49,661 nt of DNA from positions 1 to 49,661 of the forward strand of contig CANKIV010000001.1 of assembly GCA_947482125.1 (NCBI GenBank), in the 5' to 3' direction. Each line of letters opens with the position of its first letter. The first letter of the stretch is position 1. The stretch is from Alphaproteobacteria bacterium. Its GTDB lineage: Bacteria > Pseudomonadota > Alphaproteobacteria > Micropepsales > Micropepsaceae. Below the pieces are notes generated by a model, which was not told the origin of the DNA, searched no databases, and worked only from the letters and a program-made list of their open reading frames with translations. This document shows, in pieces, positions 18,466 to 28,521 of the stretch. The position numbers were made by a program, and so were the translations under genes.

Positions 18466-21129
18466 CTAGGCCGCCTTGGACAGCGTGGGCGTATCGGCCG
18501 GTGCGATATCCGCCTGGCGGTTGGCTTCGGCGCTGATCTTGGCGGTGATCATGGTGGCAGCATAGGGAAGGCCTTGCACCCCCAGCATCACCATCCACAT
18601 GGCCACGGCGGGGTCCTGGAAGCCGCGGTCGAACGCCATGGAGACCATCGCCATCACCAGCAGGGCCAACAGCAGCGCTTCCTGCCACACCACCCGCAAG
18701 ACTTGCGTGAAACTGGCGGGATCGGCGCATTTGGGCGTACGCAGGAACGGCTTGCTGGAAGTCAGCAGGCCCGTCCATACCGCCTTGCCCACCGAATGGG
18801 TCAGCGCCAGCCCGGCCACAGACGCCACCACGGCGCCCTTGAAGCCCGAGCCGACCTTGGGCGGATAGAGCAGCAGGGTCTTGATCAGCTTGGTGGCGAA
18901 CAGCGCCATCGCCGCCATCGAGAGAGCCGGCATCGGCACATCGACATAGCGCGGGAAAATCCACATCAGGATGGTCCAGCTCAGCGCCATCAACGTCACC
19001 ACCATGCCAAGTCCGTCGGAAATCCAGGGCAGCCAGCCGGAAAAGAAATGATAGCGCTGCGGCAATGAAAGGGCCGAACGACCGAGGAAAATCTCGCGCG
19101 CATGGCGCTTCATAATCTGCATGGCGCCATAGACCCAGCGATAGCGCTGGGACATGAAGGCTTCCAACGTGTCGGGCATCAGGCCGGAGCCCATGCTCTG
19201 CGGCACATAGGCAGCCTCATAGCCGGCTTCGAACAGCTTCAGGCCCAGCTCGGTATCCTCGGTGATGCACCACTCGCTCCAGCCATCCACTTCCTCCAGC
19301 GCGTCCTTGCGCACGATGGTCATGGTGCCGTGCTGGATGATGGCATTGTGCTCGTTGCGCTCCACCATGCCGATATGGAAGAAGCCGCGATATTCCTCAT
19401 ACGCCATCGCCTTGAAGCGGTTCTGCGGCGCGTCGCGGTAATCCTGCGGTCCCTGCACCAGCGCGATGGAGGGTGAGGCGAAATAGGGAATGACCCGGCG
19501 CAGCCAGAAAGGCTGGACCTGATAGTCGCTGTCGATCACGGCGACATACTCCGCCTTGGGATCGGTCAGCGCCAGGGCACGGTTGAGGGCGCCGCCCTTG
19601 AAGCCTTTCATCTGCTCGAAATGGAAAAAGCGGAAATGGGAGCCCCCCACTTCGGCGTTCAACTTGCGGCAATGGGCTTCCACCGGTTCCCAGGTCTCCC
19701 GATCGGGCGTGTTGTTGTCCAGGATGATGACTTCGTAATTGTCGTAATCCAGCCGCGCCAGCGCGTTCAGGGTTTCGATCACCATCTGCGGCGGCTCGTT
19801 ATAGGTCGGCAGATGGATGGAGACGCGCGGCGTCTTTTCCGGAATGCCCAGCTTCATCACCCGCCGGTCCACCCGCCACAGGCTGGCCGCCAGCTCGATG
19901 CTCTCGGTCAGGATCACGGCGCAGGCCAGGAGCACCAGCGGCGACATGGCGATCAGGGCGACGATGTCGGCGGGATCGACATATTCCAGGGTGGTGGCGT
20001 CTATCAGGGCCAGAAGGCCGGTTGAGACCAGCACCACCATGCCGCCCATCATCAGATAGCCGGTCTGTCGCACGCGCGGCATCCGGCCCAATACCAGCAG
20101 GCCCAGGAGCAGGCTGGTGATTGCGGCCATGAACGCATAGCCGCGCCATTCAGGGAATGTGCGCAAAAGGCCGGTAAAGGCGAATTTGGGATTGCCCTCG
20201 GCGTCGAACATTCCCCAATAGGCGCCCACCGCACCTTCCATGGAATCCTTCTTCGTCGGCTGGTCATAGGCTTCCAGCAGGTAATAGTCCCAGCCCTTTT
20301 CCTGCGCGAACTGCACGAAACCGCGCATGAAATAGGCCTGGTTTGCCACCGAGGCTTCGGCGCGGCCGCGCGTGCGCCCCTCCGAAGGCCAGCCCGCTTC
20401 GCCCACCACGATCTGCTTGTCGGGAAATTCCGCCTGCATGTGATTGTAGAAGCTGGCGGTCGCTTTCAGGCTGCCGCGCACGTCCGCATTCTCCCAATAG
20501 GGCAGCAGGTGCACGAAAATGACGTCGACATACTGGCCGATTTCCGGCGTCAGCATCCAGGTGGACCAGGGTTCGGCGGTGGTGATCTTGATGCGGGCGG
20601 GCAAGGCGTCGCGCACCTGCTGGATGTAGGTGTTGAGCTGGTCGGGCGTGACAAAGCCGTTGAGCTGGGTTTCGTTGCCGATGATCACCCGGTCGATGGT
20701 GCGCCGGTTGTCCAGCGCGGTGCGGATGCCCAGCTCGATCTCTTTTTCGTTTTTCTCCAGATCGGCGCCGATCCAGATCCCGAGCGAGACCGTCATGCCG
20801 TAGCGCCGGGCGATTTCCGGCACCTTGTCCATGCCGCCATCCACCGTATAGGTGCGGATGCGCCCCGTGATCTTGGAAAGCTGCGCCAGATCGCGGTCTA
20901 TGCGCTCAGGCGTGATATCCCTGGCCTGACGCTGCGTGAAGATGTGGCTGGGGCTATAGGCGATGCCGCGCACCTGCCCGTCCCATTCCGGGGCCACCAC
21001 CGTATAGTCGCGGCTGGTCCAGAACAGGGCGCTCGCCCCCACCACCATTACCAGCGCGACGGCGATGCGCAGCTTGCCGCCACCCAGATGCCGCGCGTTC
21101 CAAAAGCGGGTGAAGAAGGCGCGCAACAC
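18466..21129 (-). CDS. ndvB: NdvB-like beta-(1,3)-glucan synthase: GH17 domain + GT2 domain
   Basis: GH17 motifs IGNE, HLLPYWE, GEAGWPSEG; GT2 motifs DSD, TED, QRYRW; multiple TM helices. Confidence 0.85.
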   Translation of the reverse strand: MLRAFFTRFWNARHLGGGKLRIAVALVMVVGASALFWTSRDYTVVAPEWDGQVRGIAYSPSHIFTQRQARDITPERIDRDLAQLSKITGRIRTYTVDGGMDKVPEIARRYGMTVSLGIWIGADLEKNEKEIELGIRTALDNRRTIDRVIIGNETQLNGFVTPDQLNTYIQQVRDALPARIKITTAEPWSTWMLTPEIGQYVDVIFVHLLPYWENADVRGSLKATASFYNHMQAEFPDKQIVVGEAGWPSEGRTRGRAEASVANQAYFMRGFVQFAQEKGWDYYLLEAYDQPTKKDSMEGAVGAYWGMFDAEGNPKFAFTGLLRTFPEWRGYAFMAAITSLLLGLLVLGRMPRVRQTGYLMMGGMVVLVSTGLLALIDATTLEYVDPADIVALIAMSPLVLLACAVILTESIELAASLWRVDRRVMKLGIPEKTPRVSIHLPTYNEPPQMVIETLNALARLDYDNYEVIILDNNTPDRETWEPVEAHCRKLNAEVGGSHFRFFHFEQMKGFKGGALNRALALTDPKAEYVAVIDSDYQVQPFWLRRVIPYFASPSIALVQGPQDYRDAPQNRFKAMAYEEYRGFFHIGMVERNEHNAIIQHGTMTIVRKDALEEVDGWSEWCITEDTELGLKLFEAGYEAAYVPQSMGSGLMPDTLEAFMSQRYRWVYGAMQIMKRHAREIFLGRSALSLPQRYHFFSGWLPWISDGLGMVVTLMALSWTILMWIFPRYVDVPMPALSMAAMALFATKLIKTLLLYPPKVGSGFKGAVVASVAGLALTHSVGKAVWTGLLTSSKPFLRTPKCADPASFTQVLRVVWQEALLLALLVMAMVSMAFDRGFQDPAVAMWMVMLGVQGLPYAATMITAKISAEANRQADIAPADTPTLSKAA

Positions 21130-21131
21130 GT

Positions 21132-21656
21132 CTACTGTTCTTGGCGTTCGCTGGGGTCGGGGATGTAGCCCTTCTCGCCGCGCCTGGGGGCGGGCGTGAC
21201 CTTCACCAGCCTGATGTCGAACAGCAGGACCTGGTTGGGCGGGATTGTGCCTTCACCGGAACCGCGCACGCCATAGCCCAGATTGGGCGGGATGGTGAGC
21301 AGCCAGCGGTCGCCCTCGCGCATCAATTGCAGCGCTTCGATCCAGCCGGGAATGACGCTGGAGAGCCGCATGGTCGCCGGCAGGCCCGGCGAAGTGCCGT
21401 CGAAGATCACCTTGTTGATCAGGGTACCGGTGTAATAGACCGTCACCGCATCCGTAGCGGCGGGCCGCTTGCCATAGCCGTTCTGGATGATGCGGAACTG
21501 CAAGCCGCTGGGGCGCGTGATCACGCCCTTCTTCAGCTTGTTTTCCTCGAGATATTTCAGGTTGGCGTCGATGCTCAGCGCGTCATCCACCGCGAAGGCG
21601 GGCGCCGCCCAGCCAGCCAACAGCAAAACCGCAAAAACAGTCCATAACCGCTTCAT
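21132..21656 (-). CDS. FKBP-type peptidyl-prolyl cis-trans isomerase, exported
   Basis: Signal peptide; SGLQF, VYYTGTL, VIPGWIEAL, IPPNLGYG, IPPN. Confidence 0.92.
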   Translation of the reverse strand: MKRLWTVFAVLLLAGWAAPAFAVDDALSIDANLKYLEENKLKKGVITRPSGLQFRIIQNGYGKRPAATDAVTVYYTGTLINKVIFDGTSPGLPATMRLSSVIPGWIEALQLMREGDRWLLTIPPNLGYGVRGSGEGTIPPNQVLLFDIRLVKVTPAPRRGEKGYIPDPSERQEQ

Positions 21657-21784
21657 TTCAGTCTCCGAAAATCCAGGCGCCCGCCTGACCCCATCCTAGC
21701 GCGGCTGGGCCTTCCGCCATAGCGCCTGAAACCATGGAACCCCAGCTTCGCGGCGAAATTTTGTGCCCTTGCTTAACCGCGGGA

Positions 21785-22429
21785 TCAGGTGAATTTGCTG
21801 ACCAGGTGGATCAGCACCACAAGCCCGAAAATCGCCACCAGGACCCCCGAGCCCCGGTTGATGGTCCGCATGGCCTTTTCGTCGATCCGGGCGTGGAACA
21901 GGCCGATCAGGGTGGTCAGGACCAGCCACCACAGGGCCGATCCGCCGACCACGCCGGCGACCACCAGGCTGGCGTCCGTGAAACTGCCCGCCCCCCCGGC
22001 GAGCCCGCCCAGGCCGGCAAATAGCCCACCAAAGAACATCAGGGTGGCCGGATTGGTCACCGTCAGGGCAAATGTCGAAATCATCGCCCGGGCCAGGTTG
22101 CTGCCGCCCTTGTCCAGGCCGGTTTCCGGGCAGTGGGGCACCGGCGGGGCGATAAAGGTGTGCCAGCCGAACCAGACCATCATGGCGCCGCCGACCAGCT
22201 CGATGATGGTGGAGTAGCCCTGGATCAGCTGGGCGATCCAGGTCAGGCCGAACCCCGTGACGGCCGCGAACACGCCATCGCCCAGCGCCGCGCCCAGCCC
22301 CGAGACAAAACCGTTGAGGGTGCCGAAAGCGAAGGTGCGGCGGATGCAGATCAGGTTGACCGGCCCGATCGGGACCGCCGCGATCAGGCCCATCACCACG
22401 CCGGAGAGGACCAGGTAAAGGATGGTCAT
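21785..22429 (-). CDS. LysE family transporter
   Basis: PIGPVNLICIRRT, LTVTNPAT, GSALWW; ATGA overlap with pyrC. Confidence 0.9.
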   Translation of the reverse strand: MTILYLVLSGVVMGLIAAVPIGPVNLICIRRTFAFGTLNGFVSGLGAALGDGVFAAVTGFGLTWIAQLIQGYSTIIELVGGAMMVWFGWHTFIAPPVPHCPETGLDKGGSNLARAMISTFALTVTNPATLMFFGGLFAGLGGLAGGAGSFTDASLVVAGVVGGSALWWLVLTTLIGLFHARIDEKAMRTINRGSGVLVAIFGLVVLIHLVSKFT

Positions 22430-23775
22430 GCCGGCTCGAGCGTTTCCACGAACCGCACCGGCTTGCCATCGGCGCTCCCGGTGCTGGCGAAATCGCGCAT
22501 CACGATACGCCCGCGCAGGATGGTCGCGACCGGCCAGCCCTTGGTCTTCATGCCATCGAAAGGCGTCCAGCCGCAGGTCGAGGCGATCCACTTGTTTTCG
22601 ATGGTGCGGGTCAGGCCCATATCCACGATGGTGAAGTCGGCGTCATAGCCGCGCACGATGCGGCCCTTGCCGGCGATGCCGAAAATGCGCTGCGGCCCGG
22701 AGGCGGTCAGGTCGATGAATCGCTCAAGGGTCAGGTTCCCATTGTTGACGTGATCCAGAAGGATGGTCGCCAGGGTCTGCACCCCGGGCATGCCCGAGGG
22801 CGTGTCGGGGTAAACCTTGTCTTTTTCCTCGCGCGTATGGGGGGCGTGATCGGACCCGATCACGTCGATTACCCCTTCACGCACCGCCGCCCACAGCGCC
22901 TGGCGATGGCTTTCATCGCGGATGGGCGGGTTCATCTGGGCATAGGTGCCCAGCCGCTCGTAGCATTCCGGCGCCGACAGTGTCAGGTGCTGCGGCGTGG
23001 TTTCGGCGGTGGCGATATCCTTGGCGTCAGCCAGCAGGGGAATCTCGTCACCGGTGGTGACATGCAGCACATGCAGCCGCCGCCCGGCGGCGCGCGCCAG
23101 CCGCAGCACCCGCTCGGTGGACATGCGCGCGGCTTCAGCGTCGCGCCAGATCGGGTGTGTCCCCGGCTTGCCGCGCTCGGCCAGATGCTTGCGCTCGATC
23201 ATGCGGTCTTCGTCTTCGGAATGAACCGCGACCCGCCGGTTGCCCGATTTCAGCGCCGCGAAAATGTCTTCTTCCTTGTTCAGCAGCAGCGTACCGGTGG
23301 ACGAGCCCAGGAACGCCTTGATGCCGCAAACGCCGGGCAGTTTTTCGAGGGTTGCCAGATCGGCGATATTCTGCGGCGCGGCGCCCGCGTAAAATGCGTG
23401 ATCGCAATGCATGCGCCCGGCGGCACGGGCCAGCTTGTCCTGGATCGCCTCGGTCGTGGTGGTGGGGGGCACGGTGTTGGGCATCTCGAATACGGATGTG
23501 ACGCCGCCCAGGATGGCGGCCAGGCTGCCGCTGGCGAGGTCTTCCTTGTGGGCATTGCCGGGCTCGCGGAAATGCACCTGGGTGTCCATAACCCCCGGCA
23601 GCACATGCAGGCCCCGCGCGTCAAAAATCTCGGCGGCCTTGGCGCCTGCGAGATTGCCGATGGCGACAATGCGCCCGCCGATCACCCCGACATCGCCCTC
23701 GGCAATGCCATTGGGGGTGGCGACCATGCCGCCCCGGATCAGAAGATCGAAACTTTCCTGATTTTTCATGCTCAT
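22426..23775 (-). CDS. pyrC: Dihydroorotase (alphaproteobacterial long type)
   Basis: DTQVHFREPG, EMPNT, VHSED, HVLHV, MNPP, GSDHAPH, GWTPF. Confidence 0.88.
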   Translation of the reverse strand: MSMKNQESFDLLIRGGMVATPNGIAEGDVGVIGGRIVAIGNLAGAKAAEIFDARGLHVLPGVMDTQVHFREPGNAHKEDLASGSLAAILGGVTSVFEMPNTVPPTTTTEAIQDKLARAAGRMHCDHAFYAGAAPQNIADLATLEKLPGVCGIKAFLGSSTGTLLLNKEEDIFAALKSGNRRVAVHSEDEDRMIERKHLAERGKPGTHPIWRDAEAARMSTERVLRLARAAGRRLHVLHVTTGDEIPLLADAKDIATAETTPQHLTLSAPECYERLGTYAQMNPPIRDESHRQALWAAVREGVIDVIGSDHAPHTREEKDKVYPDTPSGMPGVQTLATILLDHVNNGNLTLERFIDLTASGPQRIFGIAGKGRIVRGYDADFTIVDMGLTRTIENKWIASTCGWTPFDGMKTKGWPVATILRGRIVMRDFASTGSADGKPVRFVETLEPA

Positions 23776-23841
23776 GGGTCCGGCAGTTAGCCTACCCCTC
23801 CCGCTCTTGGCAATCTTGACGGAGGGGATTAACTGGGATGG

Positions 23842-24669
23842 ATGGAACCCATTCATCTCGAAGACCGCGCGGTTATCGCAATTTCCGGCCCCGAGGCGCG
23901 CGATTTTCTGCAGGGCCTGGTCACAAACGATGTGGCGGAAGGGCTGGCCCCGGGCGCAGGCCTGTATACCGCCCTGCTCTCGCCCCAGGGCAAGATCCTG
24001 TTCGACTTTCTCGTTACCGAAGGCGAAGGCGCCTTGCTGCTCGATTGCACCAGGGATTCGTGTGAGAATCTCCTTAGAAAACTGAAGATGTACAAGCTGC
24101 GCGCGAAGGTGGAGATCGAGGCCCGCGACCAACTGGGTGTTTACAGCAATCTCAGGGGCCATCCCGACAATCGGCCCGTCCCCTACGCCGACCGCGCTGT
24201 CACTTTTCCCGATCCGCGCATGACCGGATTCGGAAACCGCAGCATCGGCGCCCGCGCCGAGATGCCGGCCAATCTGCCCGGTTCCCTAGCCTATCACGAG
24301 ACACGGCTGGCGCTGGGCGTGCCCGAAGGGCGCGATTTCGGTTATGAAAAAATCTTCGCCCTGGATGCCGGGCTGGAAGAACTGCATGGCGTGTCCTTCA
24401 CCAAGGGCTGCTACATCGGCCAGGAACTGACTTCGCGCATGAAACACCGCGCCACCGCCCGCAAGCGCATCCTCACCATCACCGGCGAAAGTGAACTGCC
24501 CGGAGGCGGCGCGGTCACGCGCGGGGCGGGCGAGATTGGGGAAATTCTCTCCAGCTATGGCCGGACCGGCTTTGCTTTGGTGCGGCTCGACCGCCTGGAC
24601 GAGACGCAAGGCGAGATAACCGCGGCGCAAATTCCGGTGACACTGAAAAGGCCGGCATGGCTGCTCTAG
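23842..24669 (+). CDS. ygfZ: Folate-binding Fe-S repair protein YgfZ
   Basis: FLQGLVTND and KGCYIGQE signature. Confidence 0.93.
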   Translation: MEPIHLEDRAVIAISGPEARDFLQGLVTNDVAEGLAPGAGLYTALLSPQGKILFDFLVTEGEGALLLDCTRDSCENLLRKLKMYKLRAKVEIEARDQLGVYSNLRGHPDNRPVPYADRAVTFPDPRMTGFGNRSIGARAEMPANLPGSLAYHETRLALGVPEGRDFGYEKIFALDAGLEELHGVSFTKGCYIGQELTSRMKHRATARKRILTITGESELPGGGAVTRGAGEIGEILSSYGRTGFALVRLDRLDETQGEITAAQIPVTLKRPAWLL

Positions 24670-25250
24670 AAAAGACGCGATGCCCGTGGCCGGGCGAAGA
24701 CCCGCTTTATGTCGCCTATCATGACAGCGAATGGGGCGTGCCGGAGCATGACGCCCGCGCCCTGTACGAGAAGCTGGTGCTGGACGGATTCCAGGCCGGG
24801 CTTTCCTGGATCACCATCCTGCGCAAGCGGGAAAACTTCCGCAAAGCCTTCCACGATTTCGATCCGCACAGGATCGCCCGCTACACCGCGCGCGATGTGG
24901 ACCGGCTTTTGAAGAATGAAGGCATCATCCGCAGCCGCGCCAAGATCGAAGCGGCAATCCGGGGCGCCCGGTTGTGGCTGGACATCGAAGAATCCGAACC
25001 AGGCGGCTTTCACGAGCTGATCTGGAAGCATGTCGGCGGCAAGCCCGTGACCAACCGCTTCAAGAAGGGCGACCAGGTGCCGGCGCAAACCGAGATGAGC
25101 CAGGGCCTGTCGAAAGAATTAAAGCAGCGCGGCTTCAACTTCTGCGGCCCGGTCATCGTCTATGCCTTTGCCCAGGCCACCGGCATGGTCAATGACCATC
25201 TGACCACCTGCTTCCGCCATGAAGACTGCGCCAAACGCACCGCCAGGTGA
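24657..25250 (+). CDS. tag: DNA-3-methyladenine glycosylase I
   Basis: RCPW, YHDSEWG, FQAGLSWITIL, GMVNDH..C. Confidence 0.95.
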   Translation: MAALEKTRCPWPGEDPLYVAYHDSEWGVPEHDARALYEKLVLDGFQAGLSWITILRKRENFRKAFHDFDPHRIARYTARDVDRLLKNEGIIRSRAKIEAAIRGARLWLDIEESEPGGFHELIWKHVGGKPVTNRFKKGDQVPAQTEMSQGLSKELKQRGFNFCGPVIVYAFAQATGMVNDHLTTCFRHEDCAKRTAR

Positions 25251-25282
25251 TCCGGAGCGCGGAACGGTCCGTAGGTTCGTGC

Positions 25283-26635
25283 ATGAACCCCATCATCGTC
25301 TGGTTCCAGCAGGATTTGCGGCTGGCCGACAATCCGGCGCTGAAGGCCGCCGCCGCGACCGGCGCGCCGCTGATCTGCCTGTTCGTTCTGGATGACGGGG
25401 CCGCGGGAGACTGGAAATGGGGCGGCGCGTCGCGCTGGTGGCTGCATCATTCCCTCACCGCCCTGGGAAAATCGCTGAAGGGGAATCTGGTGCTGCGCAG
25501 GGGCGATGCGGCTGCCGTTATCCCTGCCCTGATGCACGAGACCGGCGCGGACCGCGTCTTCTGGAATCGCTGCTACGAACCCTTTGCCGTCGCCCGCGAC
25601 ACGGCGCTGAAAACCGGGCTGCGCGCGGAAAGCTTCAGCGGCATGCTATTGCATGAGCCATGGGAGATAAAGACCGGTGCCGGCACACCCTTCCGCGTCT
25701 TCACGCCGTTCTGGAAAGCCATGCGGGACCGGCCGGTGGAAAAACCGTGCCCCGCGCCGAAAGCTCTGAAATTCGGCAGCGCGGCAAGCGAGCGACTGGA
25801 AGATTGGAAGCTGCTGCCGGTCAAACCCGATTGGGCTAAGAAATTCGACTGGACGCCGGGGGAAAAATCGGCGCAGGGCGCACTGTATGATTTTCTGGAC
25901 GACATCGACGACTATGGCCACGCCCGCGACCTGCCGGACCGCGATGGCACGTCACGCCTGTCGCCGCATCTGCATTGGGGTGAAATCTCGCCGCGGCAGC
26001 TCTGGCATGCAGTGCGGGCGAGATCGCACAGCCAGGGCAGCGAAACGTTCCTGAAAGAACTGGGCTGGCGCGAATTCTGCGCCCAGCTCCTGTTTCACAA
26101 TCCGGACCTGCCCTCCCGGCCGCTGGACCGGCGCTTTGCCAAATTCCGCTGGCGCACGAGCGAAACGGATTTCCGCGCCTGGACAACGGGGCAGACCGGC
26201 ATTCCCATCGTGGATGCCGGCATGCGCCAGCTCTGGCAAACGGGCTGGATGCACAACCGGGTGCGCATGATCGTCGCCAGTCTGCTGATCAAGCATCTGG
26301 GCATCGATTGGCAACGCGGCGAGGAATGGTTCTGGGACACGCTGGTGGACGCCGATCTCGCCAGCAACAGCGCCAACTGGCAGTGGGTGGCGGGCTGCGG
26401 CGCCGACGCCGCGCCGTTTTTCCGCATCTTCAATCCGGTGCTGCAGGGCGAGAAATTCGATCCCCAGGGCGTCTATGTCCGCCGCTTCATCCCCGAACTG
26501 AAAAATTGTCCCGACAAATATATCCACAAGCCCTGGGACGCGCCGCAGCCACCGAAAAATTACCCCGCGCCCATCGTGGATTTGGCCGCGGGACGGGACC
26601 GCGCCCTGAGCGCTTTTCGAGCCTTGAAGGGTTAG
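25283..26635 (+). CDS. phrB: Deoxyribodipyrimidine photolyase
   Basis: DLRLADN, TSRLSPHLHWGEISP, WREF, GWMHNRVRM, WQWVAGCG, RIFNP. Confidence 0.93.
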   Translation: MNPIIVWFQQDLRLADNPALKAAAATGAPLICLFVLDDGAAGDWKWGGASRWWLHHSLTALGKSLKGNLVLRRGDAAAVIPALMHETGADRVFWNRCYEPFAVARDTALKTGLRAESFSGMLLHEPWEIKTGAGTPFRVFTPFWKAMRDRPVEKPCPAPKALKFGSAASERLEDWKLLPVKPDWAKKFDWTPGEKSAQGALYDFLDDIDDYGHARDLPDRDGTSRLSPHLHWGEISPRQLWHAVRARSHSQGSETFLKELGWREFCAQLLFHNPDLPSRPLDRRFAKFRWRTSETDFRAWTTGQTGIPIVDAGMRQLWQTGWMHNRVRMIVASLLIKHLGIDWQRGEEWFWDTLVDADLASNSANWQWVAGCGADAAPFFRIFNPVLQGEKFDPQGVYVRRFIPELKNCPDKYIHKPWDAPQPPKNYPAPIVDLAAGRDRALSAFRALKG

Positions 26636-26652
26636 GCGCGGCCTACTAGGTT
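26624..26652 (+). promoter_or_regulatory. Putative promoter TTGAAG-N17-TAGGTT for leaderless cysK
   Basis: ATG 26659 is the 7th base after the -10 hexamer. Confidence 0.5.
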
Positions 26653-26658
26653 CCGGTC

Positions 26659-27693
26659 ATGCAAATAAAGCATGACGTCATCGCCGCCATTGGCGGCACG
26701 CCGCTGATCCGTCTCAGGCAGGCTTCCGAAGCCACGGGCTGTGAAATCCTCGGCAAGGCGGAATTCCTCAATCCTGGCCAGTCGGTCAAGGACCGTGCCG
26801 CGCTTTTCATCATCCAGGACGCGATCAGGCGCGGCAGACTGCGGCCCGGCGGCACCATCGTGGAAGGCACCGCCGGCAATACCGGCATCGGCCTGGCCAC
26901 CGTGGCCAATGCGCTTGGCTTCAAGACCGTGATCGTGATCCCCGAAACCCAAAGCCAGGAAAAGAAAGACGCACTGCGCCTGTTGGGCGCCGAGCTGATT
27001 GAAGTGCCCGCCGTGCCGTACAAGGACCCCAACAATTATGTGAAACTGTCGGGGCGGCTGGCGGAGCAGTTGGCGAAAACGGAAAAGAACGGCGCGGTCT
27101 GGGCCAATCAGTTCGACAATGTCGCCAACCGCCAGGCCCATGTCGAAGGCACCGGCCCGGAAATCTGGGCGCAGACCGATGGCAAGGTGGATGGCTTCAC
27201 CTGCGCCGTCGGCACCGGCGGCACCTTGGGCGGCATGGCCATTGCGCTGAAAGAGCGCAACAAGAATGTCCGCATCGCCGCCGCCGATCCGCTGGGCGCG
27301 GCAATCTATAGCTGGATCAAAACCGGCAAGCTGGAAAGCCACGGAAACTCCATCACAGAAGGCATCGGCCAGGGCCGCGTCACCGCCAATCTGGATGGCG
27401 TGCCGATTGATGACGCCTATGAGATTCCCGACGAGGAAGCGCTGCCGCTGATCTTCGATCTGCTGCAGCATGAAGGGTTGTGCATGGGCGGTTCCACCGG
27501 CATCAATGTCGCCGGCGCCATCCGCATGGCCAGGGACTTGGGCCCCGGCCACACCATCGTCACGATCCTGTGTGACTATGGAAACCGCTATCAGAGCAAG
27601 CTGTTCAATCCCGCTTTCCTGCGAGAGAAGGGCTTGCCCGTTCCGCCCTGGCTGGCCGAACAAGGCGCACCGCTGGCGGTTCCGTATCTATGA
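26659..27693 (+). CDS. cysK: Cysteine synthase A
   Basis: NPGQSVKDR (PLP lysine), EGTAGNTG, GTGGT, EGIG. Confidence 0.92.
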   Translation: MQIKHDVIAAIGGTPLIRLRQASEATGCEILGKAEFLNPGQSVKDRAALFIIQDAIRRGRLRPGGTIVEGTAGNTGIGLATVANALGFKTVIVIPETQSQEKKDALRLLGAELIEVPAVPYKDPNNYVKLSGRLAEQLAKTEKNGAVWANQFDNVANRQAHVEGTGPEIWAQTDGKVDGFTCAVGTGGTLGGMAIALKERNKNVRIAAADPLGAAIYSWIKTGKLESHGNSITEGIGQGRVTANLDGVPIDDAYEIPDEEALPLIFDLLQHEGLCMGGSTGINVAGAIRMARDLGPGHTIVTILCDYGNRYQSKLFNPAFLREKGLPVPPWLAEQGAPLAVPYL

Positions 27694-28520
27694 GCAACCT
27701 GGTGTCCACCGAATGGCTGGCCGCGCATTTGAACGATGTGCGGGTGGTGGATGCCTCCTGGTACATGCCGAACGACAAGCGCGATCCGCACGCCGAATTC
27801 GAAGCCGCGCATATTCCCGGGGCGGTCCATTTCGACATAGACGCCATCGCCGATCGCTCCACCGACCTGCCCCACATGATGCCGTCGGCTGATGCATTCG
27901 CCAAAGCCGTTGGCGCCTTGGGCATCGGCAATGGCGACACGGTGGTGGTCTATGACGGTTCCGGCATCTTCTCTGCCCCCCGGGTGTGGTGGATGTTCAA
28001 GGCCATGGGCCATGATCAGGTAAAGGTGCTGGATGGCGGCTTTCCGATATGGCGGCGCGAAATGCATCCCATCGAAACCGGCGCTGTCCGGCCCGAGAGC
28101 CAGATTTTCCGCGCCAACCTTCGTCCTGCCATCATGCGCGACTTCGATGACGTGATGAACATCGTGAAGGATCACAGCGCCCAGATCGCCGATGCCCGCA
28201 GCCCCGGCCGCTTTACCGGCAGCGAAGCCGAACCGCGCGCCGGCGTGCGCGGCGGCCACATGCCGGGCGCCGCCAATGTGCATTTCCGCACCCTGCTCAC
28301 CGCCGAGGGCACTTTCAGGCCGCAGGCGCAGCTGCGCGAGATTTTCGAAAGGGCGAATGTGGACACACAGAAGCCGATCGTCACAAGTTGCGGCACCGGG
28401 GTCACCGCCGCCATCCTGATGCTGGTACTGGACGAGATCGGCGCGAAGGACACCGCGCTCTATGACGGCTCCTGGACCGAATGGGGCGCCCGCCCTGAAG
28501 CACCCGTGGTCAAGGGCTGA
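27690..28520 (+). CDS. sseA: 3-mercaptopyruvate sulfurtransferase
   Basis: HIPGA, DARSPGRF, SCGTGVTA active-site loop, YDGSWTEW. Confidence 0.94.
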   Translation: MSNLVSTEWLAAHLNDVRVVDASWYMPNDKRDPHAEFEAAHIPGAVHFDIDAIADRSTDLPHMMPSADAFAKAVGALGIGNGDTVVVYDGSGIFSAPRVWWMFKAMGHDQVKVLDGGFPIWRREMHPIETGAVRPESQIFRANLRPAIMRDFDDVMNIVKDHSAQIADARSPGRFTGSEAEPRAGVRGGHMPGAANVHFRTLLTAEGTFRPQAQLREIFERANVDTQKPIVTSCGTGVTAAILMLVLDEIGAKDTALYDGSWTEWGARPEAPVVKG

Positions 28521-28521
28521 C

